A stretch of 64,000 nt of DNA, from NCBI GenBank assembly GCA_046484865.1, contig JAWOID010000116.1, positions 12,420-76,419 of the forward strand, given 5' to 3'. Below the pieces are notes generated by a model that was not told the origin of the DNA, did no database searches, and worked only from the letters and a program-made list of their open reading frames with translations. Position 1 is the first letter of the stretch. Each line of letters begins with the position of its first letter. The DNA is from Candidatus Krumholzibacteriia bacterium (GTDB lineage: Bacteria; Krumholzibacteriota; Krumholzibacteriia; LZORAL124-64-63). A program made the position numbers and the translations under genes. Positions 1-8,908 of this stretch are shown here, in pieces.

Positions 1-309
1 GTCTGCGATGGTCCGCACGCCGGGCCGCCGGGGCTCGCGGTCGTCCTCGGGGCTCCCCATCCGAATCCGTTCAACCCGGCGGTGGAGATCGCGTTCACCG
101 TGCGACAGGCCGGGGCGGCGGTGGCGGCGGTCTGGGATCTGCGGGGGCGCCGGGTGGCCACTCTGCTCGCACGAGAGCTCGCGGCCGGCGAGCACCGGCT
201 GACCTGGCGCGGCGAAGGGGACGACGGACCCGTGGCGGCCGGCGCCTACGTGGTGACGGTTGAGACGGACGGCGGGCGGGCGTCGCGCAAGATCATGCTG
301 GTCCGCTGA
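1..309 (+). CDS. 3' part of a secreted protein with a C-terminal FlgD Ig-like domain (5' truncated by the window edge)
   Basis: Frame 1 is open from base 1 and reads ...GAPHPNPFNPAVEIAF...VWDLRGRRVATL...GEHRLTWRG...AAGAYVV...SRKIMLVR*, the typical PNPFNP / WxG / GxY pattern. Confidence 0.85.
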   Translation, partial: VCDGPHAGPPGLAVVLGAPHPNPFNPAVEIAFTVRQAGAAVAAVWDLRGRRVATLLARELAAGEHRLTWRGEGDDGPVAAGAYVVTVETDGGRASRKIMLVR

Positions 310-380
310 GACGCGCGACCTGATCGCACGGCGGTCCATCGGGGACGGAATTCGCGGCACGTCGCCGGCGGCGGGTGGCG

Positions 381-1340
381 TCAGCGCCGGGGTGGCCGCA
401 GGTAGCGAACCTCTTCCTCGAGCTCGATCCCGAACTGATCGCGCACCGCAGCGCTCATGCGACGCACGAGTTCGCGCACCTCGGCGCTGGTGGCTCCGCC
501 GGCGTTCACCACGATGTTGGCATGGCGGTCGAACACGGCGGCACCTCCCACGCGCAGCGTGCGGGCGCCGGCGCGGTCCAGCAACTCGCCCGCGGCACGC
601 CGACGTTCTCCGGGGGCGGCCGGGGGCAGGTTCTTGAACCAGCTTCCCGCACAGGGCTCCAGCACCGGGTGCTTCAGGAGACGCTCCGCCCGGCGTTCCT
701 CCCGCTCCCGCGTTGCGGCCGCGGTGTCGCCGCGGCGCAGCCGCAGCACCGCCGCCAGCACCACGGCGCCGCTCTCCTTGAGCCGACTGTCGCGATAACC
801 GAAGCCGAAGTCGCCCGGGCTCAGCACGGCCAGCGTGCCGTCGGGCAGCAGGACGCTCGCCTCCACCAGGAACTCGCCGATCTCGTGGCCGAAGCAGCCG
901 GCGTTTCCCACCAGGGCGCCGCCGAGCGTCCCCGGGATGCCGGAGGCGAACTCGAGTCCGGTCAGTCCGTCGGCGATGGTGCGTGCGATCAGTCGGTCGA
1001 ACTCCAGCCCGGCCCCCGCCTGCACGGTCGTGCCGGTCACCCGGTACGTATCCGTGGCCACCTGCAGGATCAGCCCGGGGAAGCCGTCGTCGTCCGCCAG
1101 CACGTTGCTGCCGCCCCCGAGAACGTATGCCGGCAGCCGGTGATCCCGGGAGAAACCCTGGAACATGGCCGCGTCGGCCGCGTTCTCGATGCGGCAGACC
1201 GCCGTGGCGGGCCCGCCGATGCGGAGCGTGGTCAACTCGGCGAGCGGCACCGAGAGCGTCACCTTGTCCGGCCGTCGGGCCAGCAGCAGGCCGGCCCAGG
1301 CGGGCAACTCGGCGGCGGGACGGGACCGATCGTGGCGCAT
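381..1340 (-). CDS. murB: UDP-N-acetylenolpyruvoylglucosamine reductase
   Basis: TTLRIGGPA, LGGGSNVL, GLEFASGIPGTLGGA..GNAG, FGYRDS, CAGSWFKN, HANIVVN, LEEEV motifs. Confidence 0.95.
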   Translation of the reverse strand: MRHDRSRPAAELPAWAGLLLARRPDKVTLSVPLAELTTLRIGGPATAVCRIENAADAAMFQGFSRDHRLPAYVLGGGSNVLADDDGFPGLILQVATDTYRVTGTTVQAGAGLEFDRLIARTIADGLTGLEFASGIPGTLGGALVGNAGCFGHEIGEFLVEASVLLPDGTLAVLSPGDFGFGYRDSRLKESGAVVLAAVLRLRRGDTAAATREREERRAERLLKHPVLEPCAGSWFKNLPPAAPGERRRAAGELLDRAGARTLRVGGAAVFDRHANIVVNAGGATSAEVRELVRRMSAAVRDQFGIELEEEVRYLRPPRR

Positions 1341-1581
1341 GGCGCTCCGGCAGCGGGGTCGCGGAAGACACGGTGGTCGCGGCCAGACGGGCCGCGCTGA
1401 CCATGATCGAACGCCGGCCGCTTGCCGTCAAGCCGCGTGCGGCTCGTCTCGAGCCGCGTGCAGCGCGCTTTGCCGGCGGTACGGCGGCGGGATACCTTGG
1501 GGGGCACCCGCGGCGCGACCGCCGCCCCGCGCCGCCGCCATGGCCATGCAGCGCCGATCACGCCGGGAAGGACCGCGGACC

Positions 1582-2610
1582 ATGAGCACCGATCAGAGGG
1601 TGATGACGGCGGCGGTCGCGTTCTCGCTGCTGGCGCACGCCCTGCTGTTGCTGTTCACCTGGGATCTGTCGCTCTCGGCAGCGCTCGCCCCCGTTCCGGA
1701 CGACCAGAGGGACGAGATCGAGCTTTTGCTCGTACCCGACGAGCCTGCGGACCGCGAATCCGAGCTGCCGCGCCGGTACACGGCCGTTCCGGAACGGCTG
1801 GCCACCGACGAGCCGCCGGAGAACCCCGATTTCCTGGCCCTCCACCACAGCCGCGCGGCGGACAGCCGGGAGGGCGGGCGGGACACTCGCAGCCCCAGCG
1901 CCGACCGGGAAGCCGAGGTGCCGCAGATCGCTGTGCAGCGCGAGCGACTGGAGGAAGCCGGCGGCGTCCAGGTCGCACAACCGGACGTCCAGGAGGGACG
2001 CCGCGCTCCTGCCGGGGCCGCCGGCCGCGAGCGGCGCGACCGGCGCGAGGGCGACGAGACCTCCGGGGCGGGCGAGTGGATGCTGCCGAGCGAGCGTGAG
2101 CAGAGCGCAGCCGGCCGCAGCCGCCGCGGCGAGGACGAGGGCGACGCGCCGGTCGAGGAGCCGGCCTGGATGACCGGCGGCCGTCCGTCCATCCTCCGTG
2201 ACGGGACGGAAGGCGCCCCGGGAGACCGCGGGTTCGAGTTCGATCATCTGGAGTCGGGCAAGGTGGGCGGGAACGTGGCCGTCCAGGGAGCGTTCAGCCT
2301 CAACACGTACGAGTGGGACTTCGCCCCCTGGATGCATCGGTTCGAGCAGGACCTGCACCGGGCCTGGCGCGCGCCCTACGCCTATGCGCTGGGAGTGATC
2401 AGCGGCAAGACCGTCATTCGACTCGTCGTGGAGCGGGACGGGCGACCCAGCAGCATGGAGGTGGTCGAGACGGACGGGCACGAATCGCTGCACCAGGCCA
2501 GCGCGTCGGCGCTGCAGGCGTTCGCGCCCTACGCGCCGCTGCCGCCGAACTTCCCCGAGCCGCAGCTTGTGATCACGCTGTCGCTCCACTATCCTGCGTG
2601 GGCGCGTTGA
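1582..2610 (+). CDS. tonB: TonB/TolA-like energy transducer (N-terminal TM with SxxxH, long acidic linker, TonB C-terminal domain)
   Basis: ATG 1582 (MSTDQ); AFSLLAHALLL anchor; C-terminal GKTVIRLVVERDG...VVETDGHESLHQAS..ALQAFAPYAPLP; precedes exbB-exbD. Confidence 0.8.
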   Translation: MSTDQRVMTAAVAFSLLAHALLLLFTWDLSLSAALAPVPDDQRDEIELLLVPDEPADRESELPRRYTAVPERLATDEPPENPDFLALHHSRAADSREGGRDTRSPSADREAEVPQIAVQRERLEEAGGVQVAQPDVQEGRRAPAGAAGRERRDRREGDETSGAGEWMLPSEREQSAAGRSRRGEDEGDAPVEEPAWMTGGRPSILRDGTEGAPGDRGFEFDHLESGKVGGNVAVQGAFSLNTYEWDFAPWMHRFEQDLHRAWRAPYAYALGVISGKTVIRLVVERDGRPSSMEVVETDGHESLHQASASALQAFAPYAPLPPNFPEPQLVITLSLHYPAWAR

Positions 2611-2713
2611 CGCGGGGACGGTCGCCGGCCGTTCCCTTTTCCTTGTTGCCGCAGTGGGCCGCGGACTGGACTCGCGGCCGGACGGCGGGACGTCTGGAGA
2701 GGACGAGAACTGC

Positions 2714-3337
2714 ATGTGGGAGATGATCCGCACCGGCGGCTGGATGATGTTGCCGCTGGCGCTCAGCTCGCTGGTGGGTCTGGCCGTGCTCCTGGAGCGC
2801 ATCTACGTGCTGCAACGCCGCCGCATCGTGGCGCCGGAGATCGCCGAGGCCGTGGAGACGCTCTCCGCCGGGGCCGACTACTCGGTGGCCTACGCGATCC
2901 TCGAGCGTCGCCCGGGACCGTTCGCGCGGATCGTCCGCGCCGGCCTCGACCATGCCCACGACGACTGGCAGATCACCCGCGACGTGCTGCAGGAAGCCGG
3001 ACGTCAGGAAGCCACGCGCCTCACCCGGCGGCTGGGCGTGCTGGAGACCGTGGCCGCCGTGGCGCCGCTGCTGGGCCTGCTCGGCACCGTGCTCGGCATG
3101 ATCAAGGTGTTCGCCGGGGTGTCCGTCGCCGGTCTCGGTGATCCCGAGGCGCTGTCGGGCGGCATCGGGGAGGCCATGATCACCACGGCCGTGGGTCTGA
3201 GCATCGGCATCCCGGCCCTGGTGGCGCACAACTGGCTCAGCGGTCGCGCGGAGCAGGTCGTCTTCGAGCTCGAGGTCTATGCGACGAAGGTCCTGGACAC
3301 CGTCCGTTCGCGGCAGACCGGGTCGGTGGCGCGGTGA
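2714..3337 (+). CDS. exbB: MotA/TolQ/ExbB proton channel
   Basis: GGWMMLPL, APLLGLLGTVLGMI, GIGEAMITTAVGL motifs; GGAGAGG upstream of ATG. Confidence 0.92.
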   Translation: MWEMIRTGGWMMLPLALSSLVGLAVLLERIYVLQRRRIVAPEIAEAVETLSAGADYSVAYAILERRPGPFARIVRAGLDHAHDDWQITRDVLQEAGRQEATRLTRRLGVLETVAAVAPLLGLLGTVLGMIKVFAGVSVAGLGDPEALSGGIGEAMITTAVGLSIGIPALVAHNWLSGRAEQVVFELEVYATKVLDTVRSRQTGSVAR

Positions 3338-3744
3338 ACTTCCTGACCAGACGCCGCAAGCGAGGTTTGATCATCAACGTGACGTCGCTGATCGACGTCA
3401 TGTTCCTGCTGCTGATCTTCTTCATGGTCACCAGCACCTTCAAGAACCAGCCGGCCATTCAGCTCGTGCTGCCGCGCAGCGCCACGGCCGAGGAAGCGCT
3501 GGTCGGGCCGACGGTGCTCTATCTCACCGCCGACGGCGCTCTCTTTCTCAACGACCAGCCGGTGGACCGGGCGGTTCTGCGCGAACGGTTGCGCGGGCTG
3601 AAGGCCACCGACACCGAGGATCGTATCGTGCTGCGCGCCGACCAGGATTCGAACCACGGCGAGGTGGTCGGTCTCATCGACCTCATCAAGGAGACCGGCT
3701 TCACCCGCGTGAGCCTCAGCGCCCGGCGGCCGGGCCGGCCCTGA
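3334..3744 (+). CDS. exbD: ExbD/TolR biopolymer transport protein
   Basis: INVTSLIDVMFLLLIFFMVT and LRAD motifs; GTGA overlap with the exbB stop. Confidence 0.92.
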   Translation: MNFLTRRRKRGLIINVTSLIDVMFLLLIFFMVTSTFKNQPAIQLVLPRSATAEEALVGPTVLYLTADGALFLNDQPVDRAVLRERLRGLKATDTEDRIVLRADQDSNHGEVVGLIDLIKETGFTRVSLSARRPGRP

Positions 3745-3811
3745 GCCGCGGCCGGAGGCGCACCGGCCGTCCGGTGCGGGCTGCGGCCGGAACGGACGCG
3801 CGCACGCCGCC

Positions 3812-3840
3812 TTGACGGCGCGCGGCCGGCGGAACAAAAT
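3812..3840 (+). promoter_or_regulatory. Candidate sigma70 promoter TTGACG-N17-CAAAAT
   Basis: -35 at 3812-3817 and -10 at 3835-3840, upstream of the GGAGG RBS and TTG 3901. Confidence 0.5.
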
Positions 3841-3900
3841 GGCCGCGCCACGGTTCCTGGGCCCTGGTTCCCCGCCACCTCGCTCCCTGGAGGAGTCAGC

Positions 3901-5394
3901 TTGCATTGCCTGCGCTCCCCGCGCGTCCGCCCGTCCTCAGGGACACGGGCGCGCCCGACCCGCGGACCGGCCCCCGGCGGTCGCTCCCGCCGCTCACCGA
4001 CCTCTCGTGCCGCCGCGGTCCTCGCCCTCCTGGTGAGCGCGGCCCTGGCGGTGATCGCCGGCTGCAGCAGCGACGATCCCGGGCCCGTGGGCCTCGACCT
4101 CGTGGACACGTCCCTGGATACGGTGCTGCGGCCGCTGCTGATCACCGAGGTCCTGGGCTATGATCCGCTGCAGGTGGACAGCACCGACCTGCCCTACGAT
4201 CAGCAGCAGGTGCTCTGGCTGGGCGAGGACGACGAGCGCGCCTCGTCCATCCTGCTGAACTACGACTTCGACGCGATCCGCGAGGCCGGCTGGGTGGACA
4301 GCCTGGTCACGGTGCAGAACATCAGTCGGGTGTACCTGCGCCTGCAGCTGCTGAACCCCTACGTGGCGCGGCTCTCCGCCAATCCCGACACGGTGCTGCC
4401 GTCGCAGAATCTCGAGAAGTCGTACCGACTGCAGGAACTCGCCGAGCCGTTCGACCCCGGCGCCTATCCGGGTCCGGAGCCGGCAGCGGCCTCCGGGTCG
4501 CTGGTGAGTTCCGTCGCCGAGCCGGCCGGGTCGGTGATCCGGCTGGACATCTCGCCCGCGCGCTTCGTCGAATGGTACGCGCGGGGCGGGAGCATCGGCT
4601 TCATGCTGGGCGAGAATGTCGGAGGCGGGTCGGAGCCGGGGCTGATCGGGTTCGCCGCCATCGACCTGCAGTCGCGGAACTACGATTTGCTCGACCGGAC
4701 CGCCCTGGGCGACACCACGCTCGGCGGCACGGTCACCGTGGGCATGTCCATCGTCACCGAGTTCCTGGACGAGGGTGAGAACGAGGATGCGTTTCTGGTG
4801 CTGGTCCCCACCGCGGACGTCTCCACGCTCCACCGCCTGCCGGAGCCGCCGCTCACGATGGCCGATGGTTTCATGCTGCGCACGCATGTGCGCAGCTACC
4901 CGGCGCTGCTCTTCGATCTCTCGACGCTGCCGCCGAACGTCCTCATCAACCGAGCGCGGCTGATGGTGGCCAACGACCCCGGCCGCGCCAGAGGGCCGCA
5001 GCCCGAGGGGATCGTCGTGGGCGAGCTGGACGCATCGCTGCTGCAGGGCGAGCGCCCGCAGGTGACGCTGAGCGTGTTGCAGCAGGACGTGGAGGAGATC
5101 TCGGGCCAGTCGCGGCTCACTCCGGAACTGTCCGGCGCGCTGGCCTTCAACGTGACGCGGAGCGTGCAGCGGCACGTGAACGGCGCCTACGAAGGGACGC
5201 GCGCCTTCCTGCTCTACGCGCCCGAGACGTTTTCCGCCTCCGCCTATCGCACCTCCCTGTCCTACGGCCCGGATCTGCTGCTGCAGCGCTTCTGGTTCCA
5301 TGGCGCCGATGCGCCGTCCGACTCGCTCCGGCCGCAACTGCGGATCACCTACACCCGCAATGACGCCATCGGCGGGACGGAGGTGACGCCGTGA
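3901..5394 (+). CDS. Hypothetical lipoprotein
   Basis: GGAGG RBS, hydrophobic stretch followed by lipobox VIAGC, typical GC3 codon bias. Confidence 0.7.
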   Translation: MHCLRSPRVRPSSGTRARPTRGPAPGGRSRRSPTSRAAAVLALLVSAALAVIAGCSSDDPGPVGLDLVDTSLDTVLRPLLITEVLGYDPLQVDSTDLPYDQQQVLWLGEDDERASSILLNYDFDAIREAGWVDSLVTVQNISRVYLRLQLLNPYVARLSANPDTVLPSQNLEKSYRLQELAEPFDPGAYPGPEPAAASGSLVSSVAEPAGSVIRLDISPARFVEWYARGGSIGFMLGENVGGGSEPGLIGFAAIDLQSRNYDLLDRTALGDTTLGGTVTVGMSIVTEFLDEGENEDAFLVLVPTADVSTLHRLPEPPLTMADGFMLRTHVRSYPALLFDLSTLPPNVLINRARLMVANDPGRARGPQPEGIVVGELDASLLQGERPQVTLSVLQQDVEEISGQSRLTPELSGALAFNVTRSVQRHVNGAYEGTRAFLLYAPETFSASAYRTSLSYGPDLLLQRFWFHGADAPSDSLRPQLRITYTRNDAIGGTEVTP

Positions 5395-6662
5395 TCGCCC
5401 GCCTTCCTCTGCGCGGCGATGGCGCCGCCCACGCGGCCCTCGGACTGGCGACGCTGCTGCTGATCGGGGCGCCGCTGTCCGACGCGGCGGCCCAGACACC
5501 GTTCGCGCTCCAGAACATCGGCCAGCCCGTGTGGCAGTCCGATGCCCGCATCGCCGGTCGGGGCGGCTGGGGCATGACCGTGGCCGACACTCTGGCCCTC
5601 GGGTTCGAGAACATCGCGGGGCTCGCCCACAATCCCTTCGTCGGCATCCACTTCACCGGGTACGGCCTCGTCGTGGACGCTGACGACGGCGACGACCAGC
5701 GCACCACGTCGCGCACCTTCGCACCTGACTTCCGCATCTCGGCACCGATCATGCCCTTGCGACTGGCCCTCACCGCCGGCTACCGGGCGCTGCGCGCCAC
5801 GCAGTACACCACCGAGGCGCCGGGCAGCTGGGAGACGGACGAGGGGACCGTCACGGGGATCGAGCAGTTCGAGCGGCGCGGCACGCTCTTCGACGTGCCG
5901 ATCGGGGCGTCGCTGCGCGTGAACCGGCGGATCTCGGTGGGAGCGTCCCTCAACCTGGTGCGCGGCGGCGTGGATCAGACGCGCGCCACGTTCTTCACCG
6001 GTCTCGAGCAGGTGGTGGACGATTCCACCGTCGTGGTCCCGGCGCCTTTCCTCGCCGCGGTCGAGCAGCAGGCGGATACCTACGAGGGGACGAGCTACAC
6101 CCTCTCGGTCCTGCTCGACGAGGTGGGCCCGCTGCGCCTGGGCGCCTCCTTCACGCCCGCGCACGACCTCGATCTCGAACGCCAGGTCAGCATCCAGGGC
6201 GTGGCGCGCCGGTACACAGAGACATTCGAGTTGCGCATGCCGGCGGAGTACCGCGTGGGTGCGGAGCTGCGCCTGGGCCAGCGCTGGCGCGCGGGTGCGG
6301 ACTACACGCTGCAGCCGTTCAGCGACTTCTCCGGCCAGCCCGAGTGGGACGACGAGATGGTCGACGAGTGGACGCTGGCGATGGGTCTGGAGCGGATGCT
6401 CGGCCGGGAGCGGCGCGGCGGGACGGGCAACCTGCCGCTGCGCCTCGGAGCGACGGTCAGGCGCTGGGGCTACCGCGTGGGCGGCGCGCCCGTCGACGAA
6501 CGGAGCGTCTCGGTGGGCACCGGATTCGCGCTGGAAGGCGGCCGCGGCCAGCTGGACCTTGCGCTCACCTACGGCATGATCGGCGATCTCGACGAGAACG
6601 GCCTGGAGAGCGATTACTGGCGCCTGATGGTCTCGGTGACGGGCCTCGAGCGCTGGTGGTGA
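5391..6662 (+). CDS. Outer-membrane beta-barrel protein, FadL/OmpP1-like
   Basis: Signal peptide, ARIAGRGGWG and NIAGLA (NPA-like) N-terminal motifs, alternating amphipathic strands, aromatic C-terminus LERWW. Confidence 0.7.
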   Translation: MIARLPLRGDGAAHAALGLATLLLIGAPLSDAAAQTPFALQNIGQPVWQSDARIAGRGGWGMTVADTLALGFENIAGLAHNPFVGIHFTGYGLVVDADDGDDQRTTSRTFAPDFRISAPIMPLRLALTAGYRALRATQYTTEAPGSWETDEGTVTGIEQFERRGTLFDVPIGASLRVNRRISVGASLNLVRGGVDQTRATFFTGLEQVVDDSTVVVPAPFLAAVEQQADTYEGTSYTLSVLLDEVGPLRLGASFTPAHDLDLERQVSIQGVARRYTETFELRMPAEYRVGAELRLGQRWRAGADYTLQPFSDFSGQPEWDDEMVDEWTLAMGLERMLGRERRGGTGNLPLRLGATVRRWGYRVGGAPVDERSVSVGTGFALEGGRGQLDLALTYGMIGDLDENGLESDYWRLMVSVTGLERWW

Positions 6663-6730
6663 CCGGGCGGAGCGTCCGAGGACGACGGTGGACCAGGGCG
6701 GCGCCGCCCGCGGGCGGTGGCCGGGGAAGG

Positions 6731-7516
6731 ATGACGATGGGCACGCGATTCACGGACCGCCGGCTGCTGCTGCCGGGGCTGCTGTTCCTCACGCTGATGC
6801 CGGCGGCGTACGGGCTGGGAGGATGCCGCGACGAGGCCGGGCCGCAGACGGACCTGGACCGCTTCGTCGCCCGCTACGAGGCCCTGCCGCCGGAGGTGAG
6901 GGAGGATAGCCTGCGCGCCCGCCTGGCGGACCCCGGCGTCGCCGGGACCTATGCGCGGTTCCAGCTGGGCAACCTGTTCTACGGCGCCGCGGTCGATTCC
7001 GCCCGGGAGCGCGGGTGGAACGATCCCGCCACGGCCGCCACGCTCGACTCGGCGCAGGTCCACCTCGAGACGGCGGTCGCTCGCGACAGCAGCTTCGTCG
7101 AGGCGCTGGTCAATCTCGGCTCGATCTGGGACGACCGGGCCAACGTCGTCTCGCCCGGACAGAGCCGTCAGGAGGCGATGGCGCGTTCGGAGCAGCTCTA
7201 CCTGACCGCGCTGCGCCAGTCGCCCACCGACGTCAAGGCGCGCTGCAACCTGGGCAGCCTCTACCTGCGCCAGCGGCGCACCATGGACGCCAAGCGGGAG
7301 TTCCTGACGGCCCTGGAGCACGACCCCGAGAGCGCCCTGGCGCACTACAACCTGGCGATCATGTTCGCCGAGGCCAAGATCTACCGCGAGGCGATCCGGG
7401 AGTGGGAACTGGCGGCCAAGTACGATCGCGACGGCGACATCGGTTCGCGTTCCCGCGACAACGTCGAGATCGTCAAGCAGCTGCGGAGGCAGGACGCGCC
7501 GCGCGTCCAGCACTGA
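6731..7516 (+). CDS. Tetratricopeptide-repeat lipoprotein
   Basis: Lipobox-like LGGC; TPR motifs ALVNLG, ARCNLGSLY, AHYNLAIMF. Confidence 0.85.
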   Translation: MTMGTRFTDRRLLLPGLLFLTLMPAAYGLGGCRDEAGPQTDLDRFVARYEALPPEVREDSLRARLADPGVAGTYARFQLGNLFYGAAVDSARERGWNDPATAATLDSAQVHLETAVARDSSFVEALVNLGSIWDDRANVVSPGQSRQEAMARSEQLYLTALRQSPTDVKARCNLGSLYLRQRRTMDAKREFLTALEHDPESALAHYNLAIMFAEAKIYREAIREWELAAKYDRDGDIGSRSRDNVEIVKQLRRQDAPRVQH

Positions 7517-7615
7517 TCGGCCGCAGACTGGCGGCCGCGGCGCCACCGACGCTCCGCAACCGTCACCTGCGGGCGTCAGCGCAGGAACGACGCCGGATCC
7601 GTCCGAGGTGACGCC

Positions 7616-8908
7616 GTGAGCTTTCCCCTGAGCATACCGTCCCCGCTGGCAGCGGCGCTGGCCGGCCGGCCGCGGGTGCTGCTGGCCCTGAGCGGCGGCG
7701 TCGACAGCGCCGTCGCCCTGGCGGTGTTGCAGCACGCGGGGTGCGCGGTGACGGCGGTCACCTTCAAGAACTTCTGCTACGGCGAGACGGCGGATCCCGC
7801 CGGGCGCGCATGCTGTTCGCTCGAGGCGGTGGACGAGGCGCGCCGGCTGGCGGCGCGTCTCGGCGCGGACCACCACGTGAGCGACGTCAGCGAGGCGTTC
7901 CGTAGCCGCGTCATCGAGCCCTTCGTGAGCGAGTATGCGACGGGCCGCACCCCGAACCCCTGCGTCGAGTGCAACGCCGCCGTCCGCTTCCCTCAACTCC
8001 TGCGGCTGGCGCGCCTGGGGGGGCACGACCTGATCGCCACGGGCCATTACGCGCGGACGCTGGGCACGTCGGCCGGTGCCGGAGCGACCGCCGGCGCGCC
8101 GGCGTTGCTGCGGGGGCTCGACCCCGACAAGGACCAGTCGTACTTCCTCTACCGCCTGGCTCCCGAATTGCTGCGGCGCACCGTCTTCCCCCTGGGTTGG
8201 TTCACGAAGGGGGAGGTGCGGGCAGCGGCCCGGGCGCTGCAGTTGCCGATGGCGGACAAGCCGGAGAGCCAGGAGATCTGCTTCGTCCCCGACGGCGACC
8301 GCTCCTTCCTGTTCCCGGATCCGGTCGTTCACGTACCGGGGGAGATCGTCGACGGGCGGGGACGGGTGCTCGGTCGCCACCGCGGACTGGTGCACTACAC
8401 CGTGGGGCAGCGCCGCGGCCTCGGGGTGGCGGCTCCCCGGCCGCTCTACGTGCTGGAGCTCGATCCGGAGGGCAACCGCCTCGTGGTGGGATCCCGCGAG
8501 GACCTGGCCCGCACGCGGATCGTCTGCGACGCCGTCGTCGGCACGGGCAGCGCACTGGCCGGGTCCGGGCCGCCGGCACCGTGGTCGGGGAGCGCCGCAG
8601 AAGAGCGCGCGGCCGGCGAAGGGGAGGTCCTGGCGCGGATCCGGCACGGGCAGCGAGGCCTGCCGGTCGGCGGCTGGCGGTGGTGCGACGGAACGCTGGT
8701 GGTGGAGCTGGCGGAGCCGGCCCATGGAGTGGCGCCCGGACAGGCGCTCGTGCTGCACACCGCCCGCGAGGGGCGCATCCTCGGCGGTGGGCGTATCGTG
8801 GCTGCGGACGGCGGACCGGCAGAGCAGGAAGCAGCGCCGGCGGGCATCGCGCGGACCGAGGGCCGCGCAAACCCCGGTCGCTCGCGGGAGGTGGACAACG
8901 ATGCGTAG
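7616..8908 (+). CDS. mnmA: tRNA 2-thiouridine(34) synthase
   Basis: LSGGVDS, CCS, PNPCVECN, ATGHYA, KDQSYFL, KPESQEICF, YTVGQRRGLG, PGQ motifs. Confidence 0.95.
   Translation: MSFPLSIPSPLAAALAGRPRVLLALSGGVDSAVALAVLQHAGCAVTAVTFKNFCYGETADPAGRACCSLEAVDEARRLAARLGADHHVSDVSEAFRSRVIEPFVSEYATGRTPNPCVECNAAVRFPQLLRLARLGGHDLIATGHYARTLGTSAGAGATAGAPALLRGLDPDKDQSYFLYRLAPELLRRTVFPLGWFTKGEVRAAARALQLPMADKPESQEICFVPDGDRSFLFPDPVVHVPGEIVDGRGRVLGRHRGLVHYTVGQRRGLGVAAPRPLYVLELDPEGNRLVVGSREDLARTRIVCDAVVGTGSALAGSGPPAPWSGSAAEERAAGEGEVLARIRHGQRGLPVGGWRWCDGTLVVELAEPAHGVAPGQALVLHTAREGRILGGGRIVAADGGPAEQEAAPAGIARTEGRANPGRSREVDNDA

Noticed and set aside
1165..1581. Long N-terminal extensions given by the ORF track for tonB and similarly for asmA, dnaX, ybaB, tadA, ribD and others
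   Set aside because: They overlap neighbouring genes or RNAs; downstream starts with RBS and family-typical N-termini fit better
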